The position numbers and the translations under genes were made by a program. A stretch of 61,798 nt of DNA, counting the filler, from Nemertoderma westbladi (lineage: Eukaryota; Animalia; Xenacoelomorpha), in the NCBI GenBank assembly GCA_032718475.1. It is 3 parts of 3 records of this genome, joined end to end, with 100 filler letters (N's around TTAATTAATTAA, not from the genome) between each part and the next. Parts side by side here need not be neighbours in the genome. Positions count along the whole stretch, not along the records: positions 22,127 to 46,355 come from JAUCBJ010008986.1; 2 more parts are not named here. The stretch is one strand, 5' to 3'. This document shows, piece by piece, positions 34,111-46,455 of this stretch; position 1 is the first letter of the stretch; the number at the start of each line of letters is the position of its first letter. The notes beneath the pieces are model-generated. The model worked only from the letters and a program-made list of their open reading frames with translations, did no database searches and was not told the origin of the DNA.

Positions 34111-37100
34111 TGTGACCATATTATTTCATTTTTTATATTTACGTATTATTATATACTTTTATTATAATCGTTTTCTTTAATTTTTATTTTAAGTAGAATG
34201 TTATTTTAGTGATTATTTAGTAGATTAGTGCAATGTATTATGTTCATTATTTACATAATTACTTATATTATATACTTAGTGTGACGGCAAGAAATATTTA
34301 TTTCTCTTTCCTTACTATTCGTATTATATTATAAATACGTGACTACAGTAAGATGAAATGTCCGTACTTATTAAAGTACAATAAAGCCACTACTATATTC
34401 AAGTATTATTGATAGGCAGAGTATTAGGAATGCTAAAGTTCAGATCCTCGTGTCTCGGCTAAACCAAGCTCTGGGTAGACCTTGGAAACGACTTGCCTCT
34501 TCACACTGAGATTGCTTCGTGCGATATTGCTCTCATACCATATATAATAATACATATAGTAGCGTGATGTCCCTCTAACAGTAGCGTAAAACGCACATAA
34601 ATCTGTTAAACCTTTTGACCATCTGTAATTCTAGTCGATTAAGATATCGCGGCACCCACCGATATACTTGAAAGACAAATTCTAGAATCAGTGGTTAACG
34701 TCCCCAGACTAGTTCTGGAATAAATCGGTGCCCATCTCAAATATTAATTATTTAATATTTACAAATCTATAACTCAAAATCTGTAAAATTCAGATCCTTT
34801 AACAATTCTAGTCGATTAAGATATCGTAGCACTTACTGATACTCTTAAAAAGACAATTTTCATAGAATTAAGGATCCTATGTCCCCAGACATACTCTGGA
34901 ATCAAATTGTGTCAATTTAACTATCAAATAATAAAATTTCCGGGAATAAATTTAAGTTCATATTTAATGAATTTAATAAATTGCAATTTTATGCAATTTA
35001 TAACATTCCCAAAATCCCATTAATTAATAGATCAAGGGAGCGGAGATTCATCCTATTAAGTGTGTTAGAGTGTGAGAATCTCCAATGTATGAGTCAATAG
35101 CCGATAAAATTTATAAAATCATATATAAACGGGATATTGACCATTAAAGAATTACTATTAAATAGCATCCCAGATCTGTATGCATTGGAATTACCCTAAT
35201 TCTACCGCTAGCTTTCCATAATGTCACCATAGTAACACCCACGCTAGAATTAGAAGTGAGTTAAAAGAACAATAGAAAGCTTGTCCCATTGCATAGCATA
35301 AGTAATAAATAGCACACTGCTAGTATCCAAGGATACATAATAATAACGTGACATTCTGGAAGGCACTGACTAACAGACAAATGGCCCGAGTGTGTGTAAT
35401 TTGTGACAGTTGTGTGTGTGTAATTTGTGCGTTTATAGGTGAATGTTACTACTAAGGTGTGTTTACAGTAGCGAGTCGCAATTGTGAAAGTAACCCTAAC
35501 TAGTAAGACCTAACTAAGTAACCTAGTAAGAACCTGAAGTGTATCTAAGCCTTTGGGACGGACAGTGGAGTGACTCGTGCTAGTGTCGTTGTCATTGTGT
35601 AGCTACAACGTTGGCGAAAACACAGTGACGACGATACATTTGCGCTGAGGATCTTACACTGTCCGGGGGCTGATTGGGGTAGGCAGCGACGCTCGCTAGC
35701 CTAATTATAAGCTCATTATAATATTAATAAACTCATATATAGCAGATATGACGGAGTTGATAGAAGATGGTCTTGGTATCGGGGAGCAATATACTCTACC
35801 TTTACAAGCGTTTGTTGATAGCTTGATACGCGGCGACGCTAGTCCAACTACTACGGAGGACGATAGTCGTTATATCGAACCGACGATTTCCTAGAAGCAA
35901 CTTACGCGTGAATTGGACTATGGAAAATTCACTACTCGCTATGCGCGTCGTAAATGGTACGTATATGGACTTCTTAACTACTGGTCATCCTATCGAACTA
36001 CACGATACTAACGATATAGACACCGAAAGGGAAATGGTTTTATTTATATATCATACCCAGCGGAGGCGGAACAGTAAATCGAGAATCGAACATGAGAATT
36101 CTATCAGAAATCGACTCGAAAGAGAAGACGTTGAGGGACCGGATAAACGCAGCGACTTCACCAAAATATCTGGAATTCTTGAGAGAAACATATCTCGATA
36201 TTACCAGTCAACAGAATCTAGAAACTCGATATCCTCAAGGTATACATCATGACCGCATGGTAGAACTCGAACGGCTCTATTCCACTATGATGTATCTTAC
36301 CACCGATCGATCGCTACCTGTTGTACCGGATAGCTTCGAACAGATGGAGGAATATTGTAAGCTGGACAAAGATCACTCGCGTTTCCCCTACAAGACGTGC
36401 GTCTTTGGTATTATTGCGATGAATGTCCTAGACCCAACCAACAAACGGAAAGACCTAAACATCCACAGAGACATTGCACTAAACACGGTTTTACTCGCTA
36501 TACTTGCGGGAGTTTCGAGCGAAATTTGTTTGACGTATCACCTACGCTCGTTCGACTCAGACGATCCTTAAATAAACCGATGATCAGAGTTCCGGAATAC
36601 TCGATCAGACCTCCTCATTCCCTAGCGAGACCTCAGGCTCTTGATCCTATTAGTATGACGGATCCTCCCAAGCTGTACTCACTGTTCAAAGATCTAGTGT
36701 TACATTACCCGAACAGTTAGTCGGTGGCACTCCGGTTGTGGGCTCCCTTAAATATTCACCCATCTTACTTAGTCGGATTGGGACGCGGACATCTAATATC
36801 GCCATTCAACAGTATAATTGTCTCTGTTTAACCCGATACAACCTGTCACCGAGGCGGAGGAAAGAGTTATACGAAACGCGTTGGACACTATTCGTCAAAA
36901 GATTTGAAAATGAACCTACAATGGTTTAAAGAAACTTAAATTACAGTAGCAAGTCCAAGCGATAAACGAATTAACTTTATCTCAGTTCGATCGGGAAGTC
37001 CAGAATCTCTGAGAAGATATCGAACTTGGACGACCCTATTCTCTGCGAGAGTTTTTGGATGAACGTATCCAGCTACGAGCGGAGGAAAATCAGCTCGAGG

Positions 37101-38551
37101 AGAAGCATATTGAAACGGCGGATACCCCGACCATAATCCTACACCTTCTGATGCAATCATATTGCACCCTTCACCCATGAGTTATGGCCCTCCTAGTAAA
37201 GTGGCTCCCCCCAAAGAGAAAAGGACTCTTGCTAGCTTTAAAAAACTGCGTAAACGCCGTCCACGCAAGAAAGACTAACTGTTTAGAGTATTTTTATATT
37301 TTAGAAACTGTGATTTTTTATATTTTATAGAATTAAATCCCATTTTCTGGGAGCGGTGTAAAAGCTTTTGTGGGATATAACTGGCCCTTTTGCTTTGCAA
37401 TCCAGTTTCCCTCAATGCGCTCAAATACTCTAAAGAAAAACTCCCTAATTCAAAGGATGAAAGCTACCGGCTGATTGGCTGATTTGCCTAGCGACGGCCT
37501 CTTTGTTCGGTTCGATCAACCAACCAGAGCAAAGTCAACCAAGCAGAGTGATTCATCCTGTGTGCTAGCTACGGGCTGCAAAGGCTAGGGAGGTTTAGCA
37601 TTTTAGACCATTTGGAACCTATAGAATCTGGAGTTCTGCCAATGAGAGCTTTTCCTTTCTGTGTTGAAAGCTACCTGCAACAGCTCACAGGGTTCAGTGT
37701 GTTGGTTTTTCCAGAGCCTAGAAACATCGGCTGTGGAATATTTCTGAATTATTCCAACATTAGAACGTCTTTAATTATAAGATCACATAACTGTTACCGC
37801 ACGGAGCACAGCACAGCACTGGACAGCGGAGGACCGGTGCGGTACGGTACCTACTGCTATATTGCACATTATTTACTGCTATTTACTGTTTGTTATTAAT
37901 TGTATCATTTGTTTACATATTGTTATTTGGAGAATAACGATAAACGATCAGAAACCACCCCGATCTTCTTGATACACTAAGGTTAGAGAGAACGGTTACA
38001 TATAGCAATTGCAGCTTATATTATCGTGGTTTGTAGTGAAATGAATGCTATTTGATAGGCCCTACAAATGTCGGTTGCTATTCTCTTTATATATGATTAA
38101 AATCAGTGACTATCGGCAATTCAGTGTGCAGCGGTGTGCAATAGTCTGTATGTGCTTGTCCGCGTAACAAAGCATTTCCTAAAGAATGCGCCTTATGTGT
38201 AACTTATAATCCATTCCGGTGTGTTTAGTGTAAGCCATAGCTCTGTTTATATAGATAGAGCGCCACGTCCTAAAGGAACTGCTAATATTTCCCGAAAGTG
38301 AATGATATTTGTCAGGAATTATATTACTGATCAATCGAATAGTACGGTAGGCCTGCACCGCAATCAAATTAAAGCATCCGAATCCAGTCTCCCGGGTATA
38401 TCCAGTGGGTGAATGGTCGCGCATAGACTGGCTTCGGCTAATGTTGGATTTATATGTGTCAAATACTTGTCATAGGCTAAAGTCGATTTATAACCTAGAA
38501 GACATATAGATTTTGCGGGTTAAACTGCCAAAGGTCTCAAAAGCGTGAACA
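34111..38551 (+). repeat. Putative giant LTR (4441 bp)
   Basis: TGT...ACA termini right after the PPT; colinear with 46631-50890; TATAAA at 34330 and AATAAA at 34380 conserved in both copies. No 5' LTR in the window to confirm. Confidence 0.65.
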
Positions 38552-39704
38552 GGATATTTGTGGGAAGGGGGAAGTTACAGTGTGCATTCGGGGGAAGTTT
38601 GGTGAACTGCATTTATGCAGTGAATCCAAACTTCCCCCTTTGATATATCATATACTTAAGACATGCTAGGGTGACGGGGAAATATTTGTTACTGTCACAC
38701 TTTGCTTCCATTTATCCTATCCTTTATTATTACCCCAGTCAGATAAGAGATAATAAATCAGTAAAAACCAAACTAAACTGTCTTTCATGCAAACAAATTT
38801 CTAACTAAAGACGGGTGAATGACCATGACCATGGAAATAATTTTAAATATAATCGTATATCAACTATTTGGGGAGGCTTCCAAACCCGAAAACAACTATT
38901 TTGTTACATATAATATAGTAAATAACGTTGTATGTTCTTCTTCCTCTCATAATAAAATATATATGAAATATCTCAGATCGCTATGCCCTGTAACATTTCA
39001 CAACCAAAACATTTAAGTGTGAAAAGTGTAGGCCTACCACACACCGCCCAAACAACCGCAAACGCATAGCCAACAAATTTAACAAAAGGTTACATACATG
39101 TTGGGTTCATGACGAGATGAGTGAAAATTGATCGCGTAATATAAAGTAAAAAATTAAGAGACGGGCTGGGCTGGCTCTCCTCCACTTTCTTCCCCAATGG
39201 ATATGTTGTTGTAATAATCTAATATTTGGGGCGGCTTTCTCTCGTTACTGTATTGCAAAGGTAAAAAAATAAACTGATGTATGAAGGCCTAGTGTCTGAG
39301 TGTTGTGAAATATAATATTTAAAACGCAATAATTTTTATTGTCCGTTTAAATCCTTTTTTTGTCCTTTTTTTATATTTTTATGTCCTCCAAAAGTATAAT
39401 GTTAGGTTCCATGCTACCGGTTTCTCTACTGCTGTTCTCTCAGGCTATCAGTACCGGTATTAGTATATATAACACTATTTTGCTGTATTAAGTATGTCTG
39501 TATGTACAGATGTAGGTATAAAGCAGGTATTTCTGTATTTTAGTACCGGCACCGGTACTGCTGTAGGCCTACTGTGTAGCCTACCATTTAAATACGGTAA
39601 TGGTAGGCCTACCGGTTGTGCTAATAGGCCCAAATTTTAAATAATTGATAGGCCAAACTGGCTGACAGACTGGGGTATTATGTACATATATGCAGGCAGC
39701 AGGT

Positions 39705-42231
39705 CAGTCTGGTCCACTAGCCCAATCGGGAAACAATTATTGTTGCCCGATCGGGAAAATTGCAATCGCCCGATTGGGAAATAATGAATTTCTATCAATG
39801 CAACTATAATTTAGGCCTGCCATTTCCAGATTAATTAATGTTAGGCTGTTTACATTACTGGTGTGTATTTCTTCTGTTTATTGTGGTAGGCCAATGATAA
39901 TTAATATAATATATTAAACTGTTAAATTCAATAGCCTAGTAATATAATTATTCATTATGTCTCCTAAAAGAACTTTTGATTGTATTGTGCTAAATCAAGA
40001 TTCAACATAGATGTCTGGTTCTGAACTACAGGTATTCTGGGTAAACTTCTAGGGAATAATTGCACTTGCGATATTGCACTTGTACTACTGGTCACAGGAT
40101 TAATTCTTAAAGTGGGTCGTTTTTGGTTATTCTGGCTGGAGTGCCAGTAGCAGTACCGGCAGACCGGTACGTACCTGACGTCGTGACGTGGAGCAGTTAG
40201 GCCTACTGGTTGCCGATCGTAGTTGACAGTTGAGGAGTTAACACTAACCACTAAGCACTAACGCATAACTATTTTTTAAGATCATCACCTATAACTATTT
40301 AAATGGCAGTTCAATTTCATTTTTAATATACTTTTTAACGAGGACCCCTTGGGAGACTAGGTCTTTACCTCAAGGCACAAGGCTGCAAGGGGCATTCCTC
40401 GAGGCTAATATACCTGTGATTTTAATTAATTGGTTTGGTACCGGTACTATAAATTAAATAATTTCAGTGATTTTAAGCGTGATTTAAAGTGATTTTAAGA
40501 TAATTTTAATGTGATTTTAAACGTGATTTTAAAGTGATTTTAGGTTTGATTTTGAAGTGATTTCTGTATTTTAAGCGTGCTTTTAACTTTTAACGTTTAA
40601 CTTTTAACTAACTTTTCGATTCGTGATTTTTTAATTAATTTGTGTTAGGCCTACCACCTACCAAGCTTTTATTTTAACAAACATACTTATTCTTTTTAAA
40701 ATTCAATTTGTGATTTTAACTAATTCGATTTGGTGCTTTGTGTTAAATCCTTGTTAAATACTTTCAGTTTTGGTCTTGCATATCTTTACCAGTTGTTGTT
40801 TCGTTCCGATACTATAGGCTATTAGTCCTCAATAAATAATCTCAATCTCAACTGCAGTCAGGTATATGGACCTGCCAGTCCAGTCAGCCAGTAGACTGTT
40901 TGACAATATAGCGGATAGCCTGCTAGTAGAGTCTGAGAGTGGTCTGGTGGTAGGGTAGGTACTGTCAGACTGAAGGTCTTAGCTAGGGCTCGATCGGAGC
41001 TCCGGCCTCCGGCTCCGGCTCCGGCCATTTTGGCACCTCCGGCTCCTGCTCCGGCTCCGGTAAAAATATTGCTGGAGTTAATTTTTTAATAAAGTATTAT
41101 ATTTCATGCATATTCTAATCTGAACAATTATTTACACTATAAGTACAGAAGTACTGGGTACTGTAGTACAGTACAGCTTCAATATCAATCATAATACTGC
41201 AGTATTTACTTAAAGTCAATGACTGACTGACTGTCTGACTGTTGACTGTACTGCAGTACTGGTACTGGCAGACTGGTGACTGGCCAGCTGGCTGACTGCA
41301 CACTATTACAGATAGGCCCTACTGTAAAAATTGTAAATGCTATGATTGTATACTGTCGATTTGCATATTGTACACTGTCGATGAATGATTTACTGCTGTC
41401 ATGCCAGCATACAGCTGTACAGGCATACTGTACTGCAGTACTGGTACACGTACGGTAGGTCGGTAGGCTACCTACAGCTACAGTACACACCCAACACCTC
41501 TACCACAATTAGACAATTAGACTTAGGTACTGTAGGTAATTTTTAGCCGTCAACGTCAGGCCGTCTGTCTGTGATAAATTAATTAGGCCTACCTGCCTAC
41601 TTAAATTTTAAATTGAAAATCTATAAATTATGAAATTAATAAGACCTATAGTATGATTGATTATGAGCGATTGGCGAACGATAACCATACTTTATTTATT
41701 TTTTAATAAATAATAAAATTTTTGAAATTTTTGAAAAACTCCGGCTCCTGCTCCGGCTCCGGCCAAATTGTCCAACTCCGGCTCCTGCTCCGGCTCCGGC
41801 CAAATCCCAACTCCGATCGAGCCCTAGTCTTAGCTATCTATCAGCCTATATATAGTTCCTGTACTCTGGTACTAGTCTGCCAGTAGTTATGAATATGAAG
41901 ATATTTTAATGTTTCCTGATCTGGCAATAAAACATTTATGAAAATATTAAAATGTTTCCCGATCTGGCAATAACAAATTTCCTGATCAGGAAACTTAGAT
42001 TTATTAACTTATATTTAACATTGCAATTTAAAGCAGCAAAAGTACATAATGAGCATCAAACCCATTGGTCACTAGGGACAGGTGATTATCCCTACACCTC
42101 AACTGTAATGCGCATCCTAACCAGTCAATGCACAGAAATGTTTATGTTAATTTTTCCCGATCGGGAAACATTTATTGCCCAATCTGGAAATGCCTGCCTG
42201 TGTTTCCCGATTGGGCTAGTGGACTAGACTG
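39705..42231. mobile_element. Non-autonomous TIR DNA element (CAGT...ACTG, 31-bp TIR, 5-bp TSD CAGGT)
   Basis: CAGTCTGGTCCACTAGCCCAATCGGGAAACA / TGTTTCCCGATTGGGCTAGTGGACTAGACTG; CAGGT at 39700-39704 and 42232-42236; subterminal CCCGATCGGGAAA repeats. Confidence 0.88.
40984..41826. mobile_element. Non-autonomous hAT element nested in the 39705-42231 element
   Basis: 16-bp TIR TAGGGCTCGATCGGAG / CTCCGATCGAGCCCTA; 8-bp TSD GTCTTAGC (40976-40983, 41827-41834); subterminal GGCTCC repeats. Confidence 0.92.
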
Positions 42232-42297
42232 CAGGTGTGTGCTTGTATTATTACATCAATAGATGTTGGTTTGACTATGTGCCCTATTGAAAAGTTT

Positions 42298-42560
42298 TAC
42301 ATATGTACGCCGAGCACGTTCGGCGCAGCACTAGAACTTGCGCCGGGAGCTGGCGCAGAAATGTGCTACGCCGGGCAATGAGCCGGAAGGGTCGGCGCAG
42401 AGATGTGCTATACGCCGGCGTAGCCGGCGGAGCACTGGCAATGGTAGAGATGCTGCGCTCGGCGCAGCAGGCGTCGAAATATTCCCGGCGTCGACGCTGC
42501 AGAAATTGACCCGGCGCCGGAGCAGGAATCAGCCCAGCACACCCGGCGTACATATTTGCC
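42298..42560. repeat. GC-rich repeat fragment with inverted ends (probable MITE remnant)
   Basis: ATATGTACGCCG ... CGGCGTACATAT inverted pair and many CCGGCG/GGCGCAG motifs; no TSD seen. Confidence 0.4.
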
Positions 42561-43074
42561 TGGCTGCCTGGCGCAAAAATCAGCCGAACCTAGCACCAGG
42601 CAGACAGTGAGACTGAGACAGCAGACATGCGTACATCAGTACATCAGACCAACAGCACAGCAACACAATCAGACAATAACAACTGGCCATGCAGGAGGCA
42701 GAAAGGAAACTCACACTGCAGCACTGACTGACTGCAACGTATTATTTACGTATTAACCTTATGCTGTTATGCAGTAGGCAGGTAGGCTATCACAGTTCCA
42801 GGTTCCAGCTATCAGCTGATCAGTCATTATTGCTATTGGTCATAGTCAGTTTATTTATTTACATAATATTGCTGTGTATTGTATAAGCTATATTTATATT
42901 ATATTATATTATTTGGATGGAGACACCGCCAGACCACTGTGGTAGAAGCGTATAAATAAAACTGCACATATAATAACACAGGCAGACAGAATGAAGTTGA
43001 ACAGTGAATAAAACAAAACGACTTATACTATGACACTATTGATAATGAAACAATTTATTACCGACACACATGTG

Positions 43075-43790
43075 TAACCATTGGAAATTACAGTTCAATG
43101 ACTCCAAGTACAAGGTCATGCATACATCTATGTTCTAGAAATCCCCAAGCAACTTTTTACACAATGAATGGACGGACACTTTTATCCGCAACCGAGGAAC
43201 GTGATTTTGGAATTACATTTACACCAGACTTGTCCTTCACAGCATCACAGCTCACTGCACAAAGACTGCAGCCCGCGCCATGCGAGTCGTACATTTAATA
43301 CGAAGAACTTTTACATATTTGGAAGCTCCGATGTTTACCCTCTGACCCTGTTATACAAATCCCTTGTTCGGCCTCTCCTTGAATACGACACAGTTGTTTG
43401 TTCGCCATTCCTCCGACATGATAAATATTGAACGTCTTGAACAAGTACAACACCGTGTGGTCACTCGCCTTGTACAGTTGTACTATCGCTGGCTGAGTTG
43501 TCATATGAAAACCGACTACTTGCACTCAAACTACCGACATTAATATATCGCCGTGTACTAGCCGACCTTATAACAACATACAAGTTTATCAACGGGATTG
43601 ACAAAATTGAGCGAAGTAATTTCTTCCAGTTTCGTTCCTAACTCCACCAATGCTAACACGCAACAACTTTGCAGACAGCGTTGTAAACATTTGGAATCCT
43701 TTACCATTACCGGAAAGTGTTGTTAATGCACGTAATACCCTTGGTACTCCATGATTGAGCATATTCAAAATAGACTAGACTGCGAAATGT
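43075..43790 (+). mobile_element. Degraded CR1-clade LINE 3' fragment
   Basis: WKLQFN..KYKVMH, ERDFGITFTPDLSF, LLYKSLVRPLLEYDTVVCSPF, LEQVQHR, LPTLIYRRVLADLITTYKFING. Confidence 0.8.
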
Positions 43791-46355
43791 CCCTTAAAAT
43801 GAATATATAGGCCTAGTGATACTCCTGTGCGCCAAGTGGCAGTCAGCAGTAGCGAAAGCGATATCTTTCGGATACAACGATATCTTTATTAAAATCTAGC
43901 TACAGTACCTATTATTTTCATTTTTTTCAATCCCCAAAAAACACTTTTTTGTGTTAAATTTTAAAATAGTGATTTTTTATGTTTAATTGTTTTCCTATCT
44001 TTTGTAGTTACTTTACTTTGCGCGTTTTACCCAGCAAATACATATCCAGCGATTAGCACGCTAATAGCGGGACATACCATCCTGCTAATATCCCGCTATT
44101 TTTATAAGATAATATCCGGATAATCGCCGTAAAAGTGGTCCCCGCTATAGCGGTGTTTTTAGCGGGATAATTATCCGGTTTTTAGCGGTTCCTTAGCGGC
44201 ACTTTAGCGTGGATTTAGCGGCATTTGTAGCTGCCCAGGTTAAAAAAAAATCGCTTTGTCTAATCACATGGCGTTCCTTGTGCATACTCTGTGGAGAGAG
44301 GATGGGAGGGGGGCGGGGGGAGGGCTGGAGTGGTTAGCCTACCTTACAGTACCTATCTCATTCTAGATACCGTTTCTCAAACTGGGTACCTTTTCTCTTA
44401 CCTCACTCTTACTAACTCAAACCTGTCTGGTTTACTCAAACCCAACTCAAACTCGCGTAACCACCCACTGTGCACTGTGTAGCATTCATACAACAAGCTG
44501 TCTGTGTTTAATGGCCCACTCGCTTCTGTTATACTCTCTGCCTACGGGTTTGATGGTCTCCTGCTGTTATAACATTCCCTAAACTTGATTTGTTTGTGTG
44601 TAATTAACTCCAGTAGACAGTGAGAATTAAGTTGCAGACTCAGTGACTTAATTTATTTTTAAATTTCAGAATAAAAAAATTATATGCTAAATTATTAAAC
44701 TGAAGATTGATTAATTTTTTATTACATTTATTAAGTATGTATGACTCATAACATATTAACGTTATTTTACATTAAAATATAACCATATAATATAACCAAC
44801 CAATTTTATAAATTTATTTTAATGTCGCGTATATTTCGCTAATGTTTCTAATGTTTAACTTTAATGTTTTACTAATGTTTAATTCTCTATTACATCGTCA
44901 ATACAATTATTCGCAATACATCCAGGTGTGGGTACAGGTACACCGGGCATAGGGGACAGAGGAAACCTCTGTAATTATAGACCTGGCCATATTTATAGGG
45001 GGGGGGGGGGGGGGGGGGTGTTACGAGGTCCCATATGCACTAATAATTCTTAATTAACAATTAGATTTTTAAACTGATATGTCTTGTAAGGCACCAATTA
45101 ACATCAAACAGACAGACAACAGAGCACCAATTTCCCACAACAATATTCCCACAATTAAAACTTTCTCTACAAACAGACCGAGCCAGTGTGGTTTAGTTAA
45201 CAACATACATTTAGTAAAGCCCACAAAGGAACTGCGTAATTGACATGTCTTTTATGAGACACACGCAAGCCGGCCTGCCCAGCTTATGTAATTCAACCCA
45301 TTAACTTAAGAACCCAAGTAACAGACAGAGGCCCCTTCCCCATGTGGTGCCTCACTCAACCAGAGTGTAATTATCCTTCCCGTACAGGAAGAGTAATGCT
45401 GAGTATGGCACGGTAGGAGGTCAACCTAACTCAAACCATGGCGTCAGACTCTAGTTTGAGTTAGATTGAGCTGGCTGCATCTTTCTGATTTCTCAACTCT
45501 TACCCCAGTCTTACCTACTGAAATTCTCCGTTGACTATCATTAGTAAAAGGTTTGAGAAATGATACCCAGTTTGACAAATAATATTCAGAATGAGATAGG
45601 GACTGTACCTACCATATATGCCTACACTCTACGGCTCTACACCTACAATACTCTATACAAACTGAGATGCAATCGTTTGAGTATAATAGGAGAATATATA
45701 ATGCATCAAGACTTAGGAGTATCCTATATAACTTTAAGCGATCATCAAAAAATATTAATTCGATTATTAAAATCTATATATTTTATCTTATTTACAACCA
45801 TATTAGATAATTCATAATTATGAATTTTTTAAAAAGAATAAATTGTAAACTGTTTTTAATCGATTATTCGAAGATAAGAAACCATATATCTATCCAATAA
45901 TTTCAGTTTTCTGCAAATTGAGGTAGTGTCGAAGGGGGGGGGGGGGGTTGGGGTTGGTGGTTTATGTAAATGCAGTTTAATTTTTGACCGTTTAATATTT
46001 TTTTTGTTCACTGCAAAAATGTACAATTGAAAATTTAAATACAGTACATATTGTATGTACTATAACAACTGTAAACTGTAGGTGCTGTAACCTGAGATAC
46101 TGTAGGTATTGTATAAAATTATCCCCGTGAGATAATTACTAAATTTTTTCCTTTGTTTAAACTTTTTTAGTTTAAACTCCCAGTGTTATTATTTCGAAGT
46201 GCTTAATGTTGTTAGGATGTTGTAAATCATTTTAATTATCAAAAACGTCATTGGCTTTAATTATGGTAAACTTGTGAAAGTTCATAAAAATTCAAACATC
46301 GTGCTATGATCGTTCATATTTTAGGCACTGTACTGTATTGTTGATATAAATAAAT

Positions 46356-46455
46356 NNNNNNNNNNNNNNNNNNNNNNNNNNNNNNNNNNNNNNNNNNNNT
46401 TAATTAATTAANNNNNNNNNNNNNNNNNNNNNNNNNNNNNNNNNNNNNNNNNNNN
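46356..46455. other. Assembly gap linker
   Basis: N runs with a TTAATTAATTAA spacer. Confidence 0.97.

Larger units (their letters stand above)
28397..38551 (+). mobile_element. 5'-truncated BEL/Pao LTR retrotransposon with an apparent ~4.4-kb 3' LTR
   Basis: gag-PR-RT-RH-IN order; PPT-like GGAGTGGGTG at 34101-34110 then TGTGAC; homology with the second copy stops exactly at ...GAACA (38551 / 50890). Confidence 0.85.

Noticed and set aside
35612-35655. Hammerhead ribozyme (CGAAA ... CTGAGGA)
   Set aside because: Core motifs are present but stems II and III cannot be formed in the required order; the bases belong to the long hairpin.
42284-42756. Cluster of short overlapping ORFs
   Set aside because: GC-rich repeat remnant with no protein motifs.
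44998-45323. G-run plus TGTTAC...GTAACA as a PPT and solo LTR
   Set aside because: No TSD, no second copy and no linked retroelement coding sequence.
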